Source of the DNA: Moniliella sp. 'wahieum'
Lineage: Eukaryota
Length of the DNA stretch: 64,000 bases
Assembly (NCBI GenBank): GCA_003971905.1
Contig: RSEE01000017.1
Span: 372,001 to 436,000 of the forward strand
Direction of reading: 5' to 3'
The position numbers were made by a program, and so were the translations under genes. This document shows, piece after piece, positions 39,310-50,727 of the stretch; the first letter of the stretch is position 1, and every line of letters begins with the position of its first letter. The notes beneath the pieces are model-generated. The model saw only the letters and a list, made by a program, of their open reading frames with translations, did not search any database and had not been told where the DNA came from.

Positions 39310-40631
39310 ATGCACCGCAGCCAACGGCTACCACAGGCCCCCCCAGGCACCCGCAACCGCGCACCTCCGACGCACACTGGCCTACGCCTACCCCCCACCA
39401 GCCCAAGGCGAACAGTGGCCGGCTGCGTCTCGCTGTCCCCACAGAGAGCCAGTGCCCCACCGCCACACACCTGTCGCCCGCTCCCGATCAGAGCGCGTCA
39501 GCCTCCCCAGACCTCCACACGAGCTGCCCAAAGCACCGGTACGGGGGCGCTCTTTTTCAGCCGATGGTGACGTCACTGCAGTGGGAGGGCTTAGACTCGG
39601 CGGGTGCCTCCCCGGACAAATGCCGCACCTGTCCAGCGCTCTCGCAGCTGTGGCCTGCTGAGCGACGCTTACAAGTAGCTAGTAATGCTAACGACTCGGA
39701 TCGATGCTTGGCTGCCCCGCGTGACCCGCATGACTGCAACATCAAGTGTCGCCACAGGCCGTCGCTCTCTACCTCATCCGCTATCGTCACCACCACCTCT
39801 TCCCTCACTCCACCGCCTCTTCCTTCTCCCTCTTCCCCTTCTGCCGTGCCATTTGACACACGATGCACCACTTTCGGCGTAGCTTCCATGAGGCAAAACG
39901 CTCATCGAGTAGTTCCCCTCGCCCGCACCGTGTGTCGTTTGTTGGACCCCCTCCAGGTGCCAACCCGACCATCTGGTGAGTGCCAATCCTTGTCCGTACA
40001 ACGTGATTCCTATTAAGCAGCTGACTTGTCTTGCCACCCCCATTCACTCCGTGTGCAGGAAATACTTTGTTGCGGTGGATACCAATCGGTCGGGTGCGAT
40101 CGATGCGCGCGAGCTGCAGCGTGCGCTTGTCAATGGCGACTTTACCCATTTTGACTTTGCCACGATCACGATGCTTTTGTTCCAGTTTTCGCGCCACCGG
40201 ACGGGCGAGCTGGTGTACGAGGAGTTTGCAGCCTTGTACACTTACATTCTCCAATGGTCCGATTGCTTTCGCCAAGCGGACCGAGATGGGTCCGGGACGA
40301 TTGATGAACAAGAGATGGGAATGGCGCTGCGCAACTTTGGTTTCAACCTCGATCCCTCTACGCTCCACATGATCATGGTCAGGTACAGAGGCGTGAGCTC
40401 CCAGCCAGGCATTACTTTTGACCGCTTTGTCCGGGCTTGTGTAGCGGTCAAGGCCTTGACTGAGGGGTTCCAGCGATTTGACACCCAGGGAAGAGGGTAT
40501 GCGCAGATGTCCTACAAGGATTTTATGGAAATCCGTAAGTTTTCTCCCTCTTCCCCCCCCTCTCCCCGTCTGTATTGCTGCTGGCGCCGTCGATTGACAT
40601 GCATCTATACACAGACTTCAAGGCACCTTAA
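39310..40631 (+). CDS. PEF1: Penta-EF-hand Ca-binding protein (peflin/ALG-2 family)
   Basis: Pro-rich N-terminus, GPPPGANPTIW|KYFVAVDTNRSGAIDARELQRALVNGD, DRDGSGTIDEQE, FDRFVRACV. Introns 39976-40058 and 40534-40614. Start approximate. Confidence 0.9.
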
Positions 40632-41039
40632 AGCTGCATCCTCTTTTGTTTATTGGACCCCCGGTAACGAGGGTCTTGTTTGCTGATGGTGCCACATTTA
40701 CAGGCTCATGCTTATTCCTGCCCCCGATCTGAATAGGTCTATGTATACTTGTGTCTGATCGTTTGCGACTGTGAATCCTCTGCTGTGCACATTATCTGTA
40801 CCCAAAGTGCCACCGCATCATTCCCTGTTCTTGACCTGACCTCATCAGCTTCTAATCATTATCATCATTTACTGGCACAAAATGACGCGCGGGGTGCATT
40901 CGTCGATACCAGCCCCCCCTCCCCGAATTGTCTTGCAAAAGTGCAGTCTGTAGAATTCCGGAGGGGAGGGGACGGAGTGCAGAGGCCGGAAGCTCAGCAT
41001 ACTTCTCGAGTTAGCGTTTGAGAAGGCGCTCAATCGTAG

Positions 41040-42777
41040 CTACCTGCTTGGGCGTCCCCGCTGTGGCGTGTGACATGCGACGACCAGGGGGTGCGAGGAC
41101 CCAGCGAACCGAGGAGAGCCCAACGGGCTAAGCACGTTGCCTCCCGTGGGCGACGAGGGCAGGCTGGTCCCACTAGGTGAGAGGGGCGACCTTGTCCCCC
41201 TTAAGGCTAGGTTGTGGAGAGCCGGAGTCAGCAGATCGTCCAATCGTGCTTTGGTGGTCACATCGGCCAGGGTAAGAATGCGTTGCAATACGTAGTTGCC
41301 ATACAAGTCGTGCAAAAGGATCAGAGCAATCACTTCCTCTTCTCTATCCTCGCCCGTCTTGGTGCGCAGGAACAGACAATCGACAATCCATCGGAACAGG
41401 GCACCTTTCCCCCCGTCTTCTTGCCCAGTCTCTCGCTTCACTGGGCGCAATGGGGTTGCGACCCGAGCGAAGGAAATAAGGTGCTCCATTACGTTCGAAG
41501 CGTACTTATGCCGTGAAAGACGAAGAAACCAGTCGTACCCTGTTTCGGGGGCCAGAAGGAGAGATAGAACGGATTCTTTCTCATCTTCCTCGGGCACAGA
41601 CCCATCGCGGCGCAACAGCCATTGAACCAAATAATTGCCGTATGCATCTGTGCACAGATCGAGGGCATAGTGTACAATCTGGGCAGCCAAAGACCTTGTT
41701 TGGGAGGGTGGGCAATGTTCCAATAATCGTTGGAGCACCCGACAAGCGTAGTGATGCTTCCCCGTCCACAAAACGTGTGGTTCAAAAGCTCCGATCAGGT
41801 GGGAGACCACCTCTCTTGCGGCTTGCTCCGTTTCAACATGGGGGGCAAGGGTAATGATGATCAACTGTAGAACATGGTTGGCATTTTGGTCGGCCGCCAG
41901 CAATCGAACCTCCTCCTCGTTTGTGACTAGCGGGAGAACAAGGCCTGCGACCTGGTGGGAATAGAGAGGTAAGGCAGTGCTCGCTGCAGCACTCGACAAG
42001 CGTACTGGTCTTTCGCAATTGACGGCACATCCACACCCTTGGGATCAAAGAACCCCAGGATCCCCAACAGTTGGGATCGATCTGCCGCCGAGCCATGTTC
42101 CAACAGTTTCTGCACTACCTGCATTTTTCAACGTCAGTGGTTGCCGAAGGAGTTAGGATGGTGACCCACATAGTTTCCGTAGACGTCATACATCAGGTCT
42201 TGAGCGTGGTCACCCACTTCGGTCAAGACAAGGCCACGTTCTTCCTCGGTGGCGTGGTCCAAATAATGTTGTAGGCGTCTCGAACCCAGCTGGTCGCGAG
42301 AAAGACGTACGACTTGGCCGTGTAGGTTTCCACCTGCGGCGAGAAGGGGCTCGGTCAGAGAGAGGACCGATGAGAACTGCCCTTTGGGAAGGACGTGCCC
42401 CCTTGGCACCATCAATCAACGAGAATCGGCGACCAGGCGGAAGAGCGCGGGTGCCAACGCCATAAGTGGCAACGGCAGGCGAGTGGGGATGAGGGTACCA
42501 AGGGTCATAGGTGTACTGCCACCCCCACCCCGTGCATTCGGGCATAGCCCAGGGCTGGGACCAGTATCCTTGGGGAGTGTAAGGAAAGTAGGTGGGCGAG
42601 GTAGGCGTGGCGGGAGAAGCTCCTCCCTGTGGTGGAGCGTACCCATACCACACGGGATGCAGGGGGTAGATGTCCCGTGATGGCTGGGGGGACTGGACTG
42701 AGAATTGGGGCAGGGGCGGTGGCGTCTTCTGTTCCTTGGTGCGGGGGCGCGGTGTTGATCTGGGGGAGGAATGCCAT
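41040..42777 (-). CDS. Pumilio/PUF RNA-binding protein, Puf3/Pum class
   Basis: Eight repeats: DQLGSRRLQ, DVYGNYVVQ, DQYACRVLQ, DQNANHVLQ, HHYACRVLQ, DAYGNYLVQ, HKYASNVME, DLYGNYVLQ. Intron ~42119-42168. Ends approximate. Confidence 0.92.
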
Positions 42778-43136
42778 TGTACCTTCTCTGTAGGGGGGTT
42801 GGGTAGAGAAGAGGATGGCTAGCAAGCGGTGGCGACACTGAGGATGCGAGGGTGGTGGAGTGAAAGCCAGCGGAGTAGCCGCGACTCTGCAGGCGATAAG
42901 GTGTTAGGACTGGGATCCCTATAGCAACCGTGCGAGCCCGGGGTAGTGGTCGCCGCAGCGTTACAGCAATGCTGATAAGATCGGCGATGATTAATTGATT
43001 AAAGCGTCTTGATTAATATGTTACCTTGATCACGATCATGGGGCATAGCGTAGACAGCAAACAACCAAAGCTACTGACCGTCCTGACCACATCTCTAACA
43101 ACCCCGTTCCCAGCGATTGCCACTTTTCCCATCCTG

Positions 43137-46100
43137 TCAAACAGCCACAGGTGTGCTCGCAGGTCTCTCACCACCAAGGGCCCCTACCTTCAACATTACG
43201 TCTCTGGCGCTGCAGACACATGGAGAAAGTATGTGAATACATAGGGGGTGGGCCTCCATAACCATGCCAGAGAAGGCCAACGGAAAGAGATGCATATACG
43301 ATGCGACCACTTTAGCCGTCTTGCGTTCCAGCTCCTCCAGCCGCACTTCAAGCTCGTCGGCTCGATCCCGGATGAGAAGCAGACGCTCCAAATCGCGCAG
43401 AACGCCCGTCGAATCACCCGAACAGGCCGCATTGCCCGGCGAAATTGGCGAGGTTGCCGCCACGCCCAAGGCCGAGTCCAGCGCCGAAAAGTCTTCGTCC
43501 CAATCCAGGCCGGTTAACAGCGCTGCTGCTGCCTCTTGGTGACTGAGTTTGGTCTTGGAATTTTTGTCTGTGCTTTGGCCTTGGCTTTGGTAGTCTTGTG
43601 CGCCGACTTGTCCCGCCCAATCGTTCCTGCGGGAGTGGGGGGGTGGTAGAAGAGGCGGTGGCCTCCTCAAACATCAGCACCATTCTCCGACTCACGGAAC
43701 TGCCAACCCCCAAAAGTTGCTCGCTCTTTTCTTGGCTCTTGAGGGAGAGAGGACAGTACGAAACGAATTTTGCCCAGGTGTCTGCGTCCATCCCACGGGT
43801 TGGGTGAGGGTAGACTCAGCACCGGACAGGAGTTAGGCAGTTCACGCTGTTTCCCTTGTACACAGCAAATTTAGGGCGTTCCGACGTGGTCTTCCGCCTC
43901 TTTCCGTCACAGGGTCAAACGCACAGTGGAAAGTAGAACCTTTTTCCCAGTCCGAGGAATCAGGCCAAGCCGAGAAGGGATGAGGGGCCGGCGGAGAGGG
44001 GATGCCCATTCGCACCTTGTTTTGGGCATCGAAGCAAGGGTGAGGGAAGAGGTTGCGGTCTTGTTTGCTGGGATGCGGAACGAGGGCATCGGAAATGACT
44101 TGGTATGCGTCCAGACCCGACTCACATCATTCGGACAGCCGTGGCTGGATCAAAGTTTTTCGGATCGGCCCGAGGCTTGGACAGGGTAGGTAGTTTGGTT
44201 TGGTTTGGGGGTTGGGGATGGGGTTTCTCCCGGCTGATCCTCTTGTCTTACATTCTTGTACCCATTGTGCAAGTCGAGGGGGAAGAGGCAGCAGACCATG
44301 TCGCCCACCATTCACATAACCCCGCTCCAGGTCTGCGTCCGACACGAATCACAAGAACGCGATACGTCGCGGCCCGTCTTGGCGGAGACGAGTTCGGCGA
44401 AGATCATGGCAACGCGACTTGCTCGGTAACCTGTGATGGATTGGACGCAAAGCATTCTCCCTGGTAGGCACAGGGAGCAGTGGCCGGGGAAAAGTCAGTG
44501 CTTAAAGTGGGTTGAGGAGGTAATACAGGTTCAGGCTTGGGAAGGGGATGGGATGAGCTCCCGACACCGCGATCAACCGAGTCAGACAAAAGAGCTGTTG
44601 AGGCATGTACCTTAGCCGTCGGGGTAAGACTACTCGGCGCTGGCGGAGAAAGTCTGTTTTTGTCGTTGGAGTAAGGCTGTTTCTAGGCATCGTGTGAAGG
44701 TCCGGGACCTTTGATACCGAAGATGGTGACAAGGGTTCTTCGCTCGTCCCTGGGGTTTCCAAAGACGCATTGACAGGGTTTAACTCAGGTTCATCCTCTT
44801 CCGACTCCCACTCCGCCTCCTCGTCATATTCCACCGACTCCTCGGAATCAGACTTGGGAGGAGGACGGGGTGGGCGGAGCCCAATGTCGGGGTGAGACGC
44901 AGCTCGGTAAGTCGCATCCAGGTTATCATGAATCTCGAAGAGTTGATCCAGGGTATCGCGCATGCCCCTTAGTTGTCCCAGGCGTCGGCTGACGTCGGCA
45001 ACCAATATATCGGAGACTTCGGCGGTAGCTGCGCCAAAGGGAGTGGAAGCCAGACCGGCTGTGGCCCGGGCGGCTTCCTCCGCATGCTTGGCCATGCGAG
45101 CAGTTGCTTCCGCCAGAACACACTGCTTCTGCATAAGCTCCACCTGCCGATTGGCTTGCTGCATGATGCGATCCACCTCCTGCATCACTTCTTCCACAGC
45201 AAGAGAGCCTTCATCAACCCCTGGAGCGGAAGAGATCAACTCCACCATTTTCCCGGCCACAACTCTGATCTTCTCCAACACATCTGGGGCGGCGACTGTA
45301 TCCCTCTTGGCCAAGTCAGCAAGAAGGTCCGCTTCCTCCGCCTTACGAGCCGCATAAGCCACAATCTCCGTTTTCGACATGCGCTCCAATTGGTCAGACG
45401 TGAGATCCGCTTCAACGACCTCGGACCGATCCGCCTTTCCATTTTCTTGCTTTTTGTCACGAATTTCAGCCAGAGCAGCTGAGAAGGTTGTTCGCACATC
45501 CTCGCTCACGTGGGGTTGAAAATCGGATGATGGTGGTGCTTGGGCGGAGGAATCCTGGAGAGGAGAGGAGGGGGATGTAGTCTGAGGAGAAGGCAGGGGG
45601 TTCGAAGCAATTGACTGTTTCAGGGCCTCTGCAAACGACTTGGAACTTGCTCCACGTGTCTCTGGAGGATTTGGGCCAGTTGGTCTCCATCTTCCCAATG
45701 CGGGCTTGGCCGAAGGGAGCAATGGTGCACGGGAGGGAGAAGGGGTGGATGAGCTAGATGAGACCGGTGGGGCAGTTGCGCTCGGCGATGACAATGACGG
45801 CGTGAGGGGGGCAATCTCGCTGTGGGCTGGGGCTTCTGATGCTGGGGCCACTGGTGCTGAGGGCTCTGGTGCTGGGACCTCTGGTGCTGGGACTGATGCT
45901 GGTGGCGATGCCGATGCTGGTGCTGATGCTGATGCTAGTGCTGGTGCTGGCACTGGAGTTGGGGCAGGGGCTGGGGTAGGCAGGTGTAGGTTGTAGATGC
46001 AGGTGTAGATGCAGGTGCAGGTGCAGGTGCAGGTGCAGGTACAGGTGCAGGTGCAGGTGCAGTGTAAATGCAGGTGCAGAGTTGAGACAGGGCGGGAAAA

Positions 46101-46564
46101 AGGTGGCACCAGATTTGAGTGGAGCATTCTTCGAGCTTGCCGAATGTAAACCGATCTTTGCTATACTCATTGCGGCGCGGGTTGTGTATCATGGCTTTGG
46201 AGGGAAGTCGCATGGATGAAGAGGTCGGGCGGATTCGGGCTGGTCGTGAAGCAGCTTGTGTGGTCGCTGGTGCGGCACGCGGGGGTGTCGTCGCTGATGC
46301 AGCAGAGGATGGCGGGGCCGTTGGCGCAGCTGGAGACAGCGTGGCCGCTGTTGCAACAGGAGATGGTGTGGTCGTTGGGGCCAGCGTGATGGCGTGGTCG
46401 TTGGTCCAACAGAGATGGTGTGGTGGTTGGGGCAGCAGGGGGCGGTGTGGCCGGCGGTGCCACAGGGGGTGGAGTAGTCTCTGGAACAGTGCGAGCGATG
46501 AGGTCTCTAGAGACGACTTGCTCTCCTCCACTGAGGAACGAGCAGGGGCCGGTACACTCTCCAC
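43137..46564 (-). CDS. Large low-complexity/coiled-coil hypothetical protein; probably the C-terminal continuation of the TPR gene
   Basis: Long open frames with AP repeats, helical segments (EVDRIMQQANRQVELMQKQ; LLLIRDRADELEVRLEELERK) and a CDSC..CC motif near 44300. Terminal intron ~43214-43298. Confidence 0.55.
45850..46080. repeat. Coding hexamer repeats (GCAGGT)n and (GCTGGT/GCTGAT)n encoding (AP)n/(AS)n
   Basis: About 12 near-perfect GCAGGT-type units at 45996-46078. Confidence 0.85.
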
Positions 46565-46623
46565 CTTACTGGCAAGGAACCTGTTTTGTTCGCCACGCGC
46601 CGTCGGGCGTCCGATAGGATCTG

Positions 46624-48403
46624 TCAGCCAGCTTTTTGAGCCCCTCTACGTCTTCTCATCGGTTGCGTTGAGGCGCAAGACGCGATCAAAGTCTCGCTCC
46701 GCCTCATCATCTTTAGCAAAGCAGAGAGAGCAACACCACGTCGGAAGTAGGCTTGTGTGGGTCGGGTCGAGGGTAAGGGCTGCCGAACAGTCAGCCTCAG
46801 CCTCGTTGAATCGTTGAGCTTGAGGTAGCAGGCAGCTCGGTTGAGTGGGTAGACTGGCTCGGAAGCGTCGTATGCCATGGCTCGAGTGTAGTGCTCACAT
46901 GCCTCGGCAAACGATCCAGAACTGTAGGCTTCATTCCCAAGCTCCCGCACTGCTCGGCCCAGGGCAATGCGATGCGACTCTCCATACTCGTCCCTGGTCG
47001 GTCTGGGCTTGGGGTGGCCGCCCCGATTTGGACCCATGCTTCCCTGCTGGCAGGGCGAGAGGCTTGACCGCTGCCCGACGTAATTTTTCAAACTGCCGGA
47101 CAAAACCAAACCCATCAATCGAACCGTATGCACCCCCCCAACCATCTCAGGATAGGTGACGGTACTGCGTTTCTCCTTTGGACTGGATGATGCGTTGGGC
47201 CTGCGAGATCAGAACCCAGTTGTGCCGAAGACGAACGAGATGGTCGGCCCTGGACAGAAGCATCTGTGCTGGAGAACCGGCCAAGGAGGCGGGAGGGGAG
47301 ACTCCTTGAGCGCAGCCATCTCGCGAGCCACCACAGCATAGTACAAGTCCAGGCCGGGAGGTCAGAGAGGATTTTACGCACCCGCTTGATTGAAGGCAGT
47401 TGCATCGGATCAATCTCGTCGGCACATTGCCAGAGGGTATCGGCCATCTGCTGCCAAGCGTCGGTGATGATCTGTTTCCAACCGGGACCGTGAGAAGAGG
47501 CCTCAGCTGGGCCCATGCTGCCTTGTCGACCAACCGCTGTTCCATTCCTTTTTCAATCCAGCTCTGGAGGCTGGCAGTCTGGATGGCTTTCGGGCCAGTA
47601 TGCAGCGGACCGGAGGGCGTCCGCTTGTGGTCTCTCTGTTCGAATGTTGTCAACCAGGCGTTAAGGCATGGAAGACAGCGGGCGAAGGAGCAGGCACATG
47701 GGGGTCCCCACGTGTTTAGGTCGCGGCCATGGCGCGTCGCAAGGTCGCACAGGAGGTCAAAGCAATCTTCGGTGCTGAGTCGTAGCACCACAGATGCCAA
47801 CTCGTCGTCGCAGGCAGCACGCAGCTGGGTGAGGATGCCGAGCGCATGGCGACCGGCGGGGAAGCAGCATACGTGATGTGGACCGGCTCGAGGCCATGTT
47901 CGACAAATGTCATCAGTTTGTCTTCCAGCACGTGGTCCTGCAGGTTTCTGGACCATGATGCCACGAAACAGGGCTGGGACGGCAAGCGAGAAGCTGGTGA
48001 CAACAACTCGCGAAGGTGGCGGCTGACAACGCGCAGGCGGTTAGCCGGGGACGCTGTGGCTAACATCGAAGGAGCAAGTCAGCGGCGGGGCAAAGGAGGG
48101 GTGACTTGCAACGTACTGGTCGCACACATCTCACGCATGCGACACATCGTCGAGAGCACTGGTGTCGGCCTCGCCGCTGTCGGGGGCATGACTGTGCCGT
48201 GGATGTGGGCGTGGGTGTGGGGGTAAGTGTGGCCGTCGCTGTCGGAGTAGGCCAGGTGGTGTGGAAGGCAGCTGACGCTGCTGCGGCCGCCGCTGCGACG
48301 GAGGGGCGGGGCGACAAGCGGGACGGAGGGGGCGCAGACGGAACGGGGGTCGTCTTGGCGCGAGGCGTTCGCCCTTGCGGAGCTTGTTCTTTCCGCGCGC
48401 CAT
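46624..48403 (-). CDS. TPR-repeat protein (RPAP3/Tah1-like TPR triplet) with novel N-terminal region
   Basis: RELGNEAYSSGSFAEACEHYTRAMAYDASEPVYPLNRAACYLKL..AYFRRGVAL. Upstream exonic segments run to MARGKNKLRK at 48403. Many frameshifts. Confidence 0.7.
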
Positions 48404-49156
48404 GGCGGGGCATAGCAGAGAGGGTGCGGGGCGGGGGAGGAGGGCGGCAGCACTTAGGCGCAGGAACGTCCACCACTCCAAGGGAGCAAGCTGGGGCTGG
48501 CGGCGTGGTGTGCGCTCGGCGTGGACGACGCTGGCGACGCTGGCGATGCTGCTGCCGCCGCTTCAACTTGGATGCGAAGCTTGATGCCCGGCGCTGGTGA
48601 AGGATGGGGCGGGCAGCCCGCGGAAAACGGGACATGTGGACTGAAATGCTAGGGTTGGTGCGGCGTGGTGCGCTGCATGTTGGGGCTGCGGTGGCTGCTC
48701 CGCTGGGCCCTGCCATGCTTATGATCCGTGCAACCATGTCCTGTTCCGCCTTGCGTGTCAGCTTCAAGCGCTTATAAGAAGTGAACGTTCAAGTTGAACG
48801 GTGCCCCGACACTTGACCAGCCATAACCCGCTTCAATGTTGCACGGCAAGTGCCCTGCGCTCAGCCGGAGCACACGACCCAGCCGCTCTTTATTGCCTCA
48901 GCGCCTCCGCCCCCCCACCGCTTCTTCTGCTGGGCCTGGCTGCCACCGCCTCTGCACGCCTGCTGGCCTCCATCTGCGTGCTCGTCGCCGCCGCCACCAA
49001 CCTCGCCCTTGTCCTCGCCAGCCCCCTCCCCCCCCCTCCCCCGCGGACCACCCCCTCACATCGACGTACAGGATAGGCCGCCCGCCCGCCGCCCTCTGTC
49101 CTCGCCCCCCATCCTTGCCGCCCTGCCCCCCGCCCCCGCCGTACCGCCCACCCCGG

Positions 49157-50425
49157 ATGACACTACGTGCCGCACCTGACCCAGGACAAGTGGATCGGCC
49201 TCGGACTGGCCATCAGCAGCTCGCTCGCCATTGGCACCAGCTTCATCATCACCAAGAAGGGTCTCATGGATGCCGGCGACCAAAACTCGGGCGAGCTGCC
49301 AGCGACCAACACGCTTACTTGGCCAATCCTACCTGGTGGGCCGGTATGGCGTGCATGGTCGTTGGTGAGGTTGCGAATTTTGCTGCGTATACGTTTGCGC
49401 CACCGATTCTGGTCACCCCGTTGGGGGCCCTGTCGGTTCTGATTGGGGCGGTGCTCGCGTCGTTTGTGCTCAAGGAAGATCTGGGCCGATTGGGAAGGGT
49501 GGGATGCACACTCTGTCTCGTTGGCACCCTCATCATTATCTTGAATGCCCCTGAGGACAAGGAGATCCACACGGTGGACGAGATGCTGGCGTATGCACTC
49601 CAGGGTCCCTTCCTCACCTACTGTCTTGTTGTCACTGTTTGCGATCGTGATGATTTACCAGGTGGTACCACGATGGGGCAAGAAGACGCCGCTCATCTAT
49701 CTTTCCATTTGCTCGTCGGTCGGATCATCTCGGTCATGTCGGTCAAAGGATTTGGTGTCGCGCTGAAACTGACGCTAATGGGAGCAACCAGTTTACCCAT
49801 CCTTCGACCTATTGCTTTGCCATTGTGGTGTCGTCTGCATCCTGGTGCAGATGAACTATTTTAACAAAGCATTGGACCAGTACGTTATCTTCTCCGACAT
49901 CTCTCTGTTTGTTCGCGTCCCAAGGGTAGCACACGACTAATTAATTGCCATGTTTGCCCTCTAGGTTCTCGACCAATGTGGTGAACCCCATTTACTATGT
50001 CATGTTCACTACCAGCACCATCTTTGCTTCCTTCCTTCTTCCGAGGATTTAACACCCAGGGTGTGCACCGGCCGTATCACTCTTATGTGGATTTGTGGTG
50101 ATTTCATCGGCGTCTATCTGCTCAACATGAACCGACTGCAAGAACCAGAGCTGAGTCTAGGACCTCAACGCCAGTCCAATTGGGCACCACGAGGGAGCGC
50201 GGAGTACATTCGTAACCACCAGCGCTCTGCTTCGGGAGACGCGTGAGATTTGAAGATGAAGAGCAAGGAGAGCAGGTGGGAATGGTGCCTCTCCCTACCC
50301 CGGCTCAGGCCCCCACGCACAAGACCAGCGACATTTTTTCGGTCGTTGACGATGAGGACGCTTCATCGGGCGACGAGCAGCCAGGCAACGATGGGGCGTA
50401 CAGTTCCAGAGCCACCCTATTGTAG
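49157..50425 (+). CDS. NIPA-type magnesium transporter (DUF803)
   Basis: DKWIGLGLAISSSLAIGTSFIITKKGL, YLANPTWWAGM..GEVANFAAYTFAPPILVTPLGALSV, YLSICS, QMNYFNKAL|FSTNVVNPIYYV. Intron 49879-49964. Confidence 0.93.
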
Positions 50426-50727
50426 TCCCCTTTTGCTTCATGCTTTTGTAGTCTCTCCTATGCGACAGAAATACCATTTCTTGTCCCTGCGTCATGTGCT
50501 CCACACTCTATCCGTACCTGTAGCGCCCCCCTTCCACTGAAACCCAACCTACCTCGTCCATTGAGTGGACTTTGCCTGGCGCCCCACGACCCTGCTGTCC
50601 AATACCTACTGGGTACCTATGTGAGACCAGCCACAATCACCTCAGGATCATCGATCACGATTCAAGGAGACCAGAGTGGGCAGAAGATCAGATAATGAGA
50701 GCTGCTACAGAGCGAATCCGAGCAGAT

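Noticed and set aside
45990..46127. Cys-Thr or His-Leu repeat peptide (CTCTCTC.. / HLHLHL..) as a metal-binding domain
   Set aside because: These are alternative frames of a (GCAGGT)n repeat; the Ala-Pro frame matches the adjacent AP-rich sequence.
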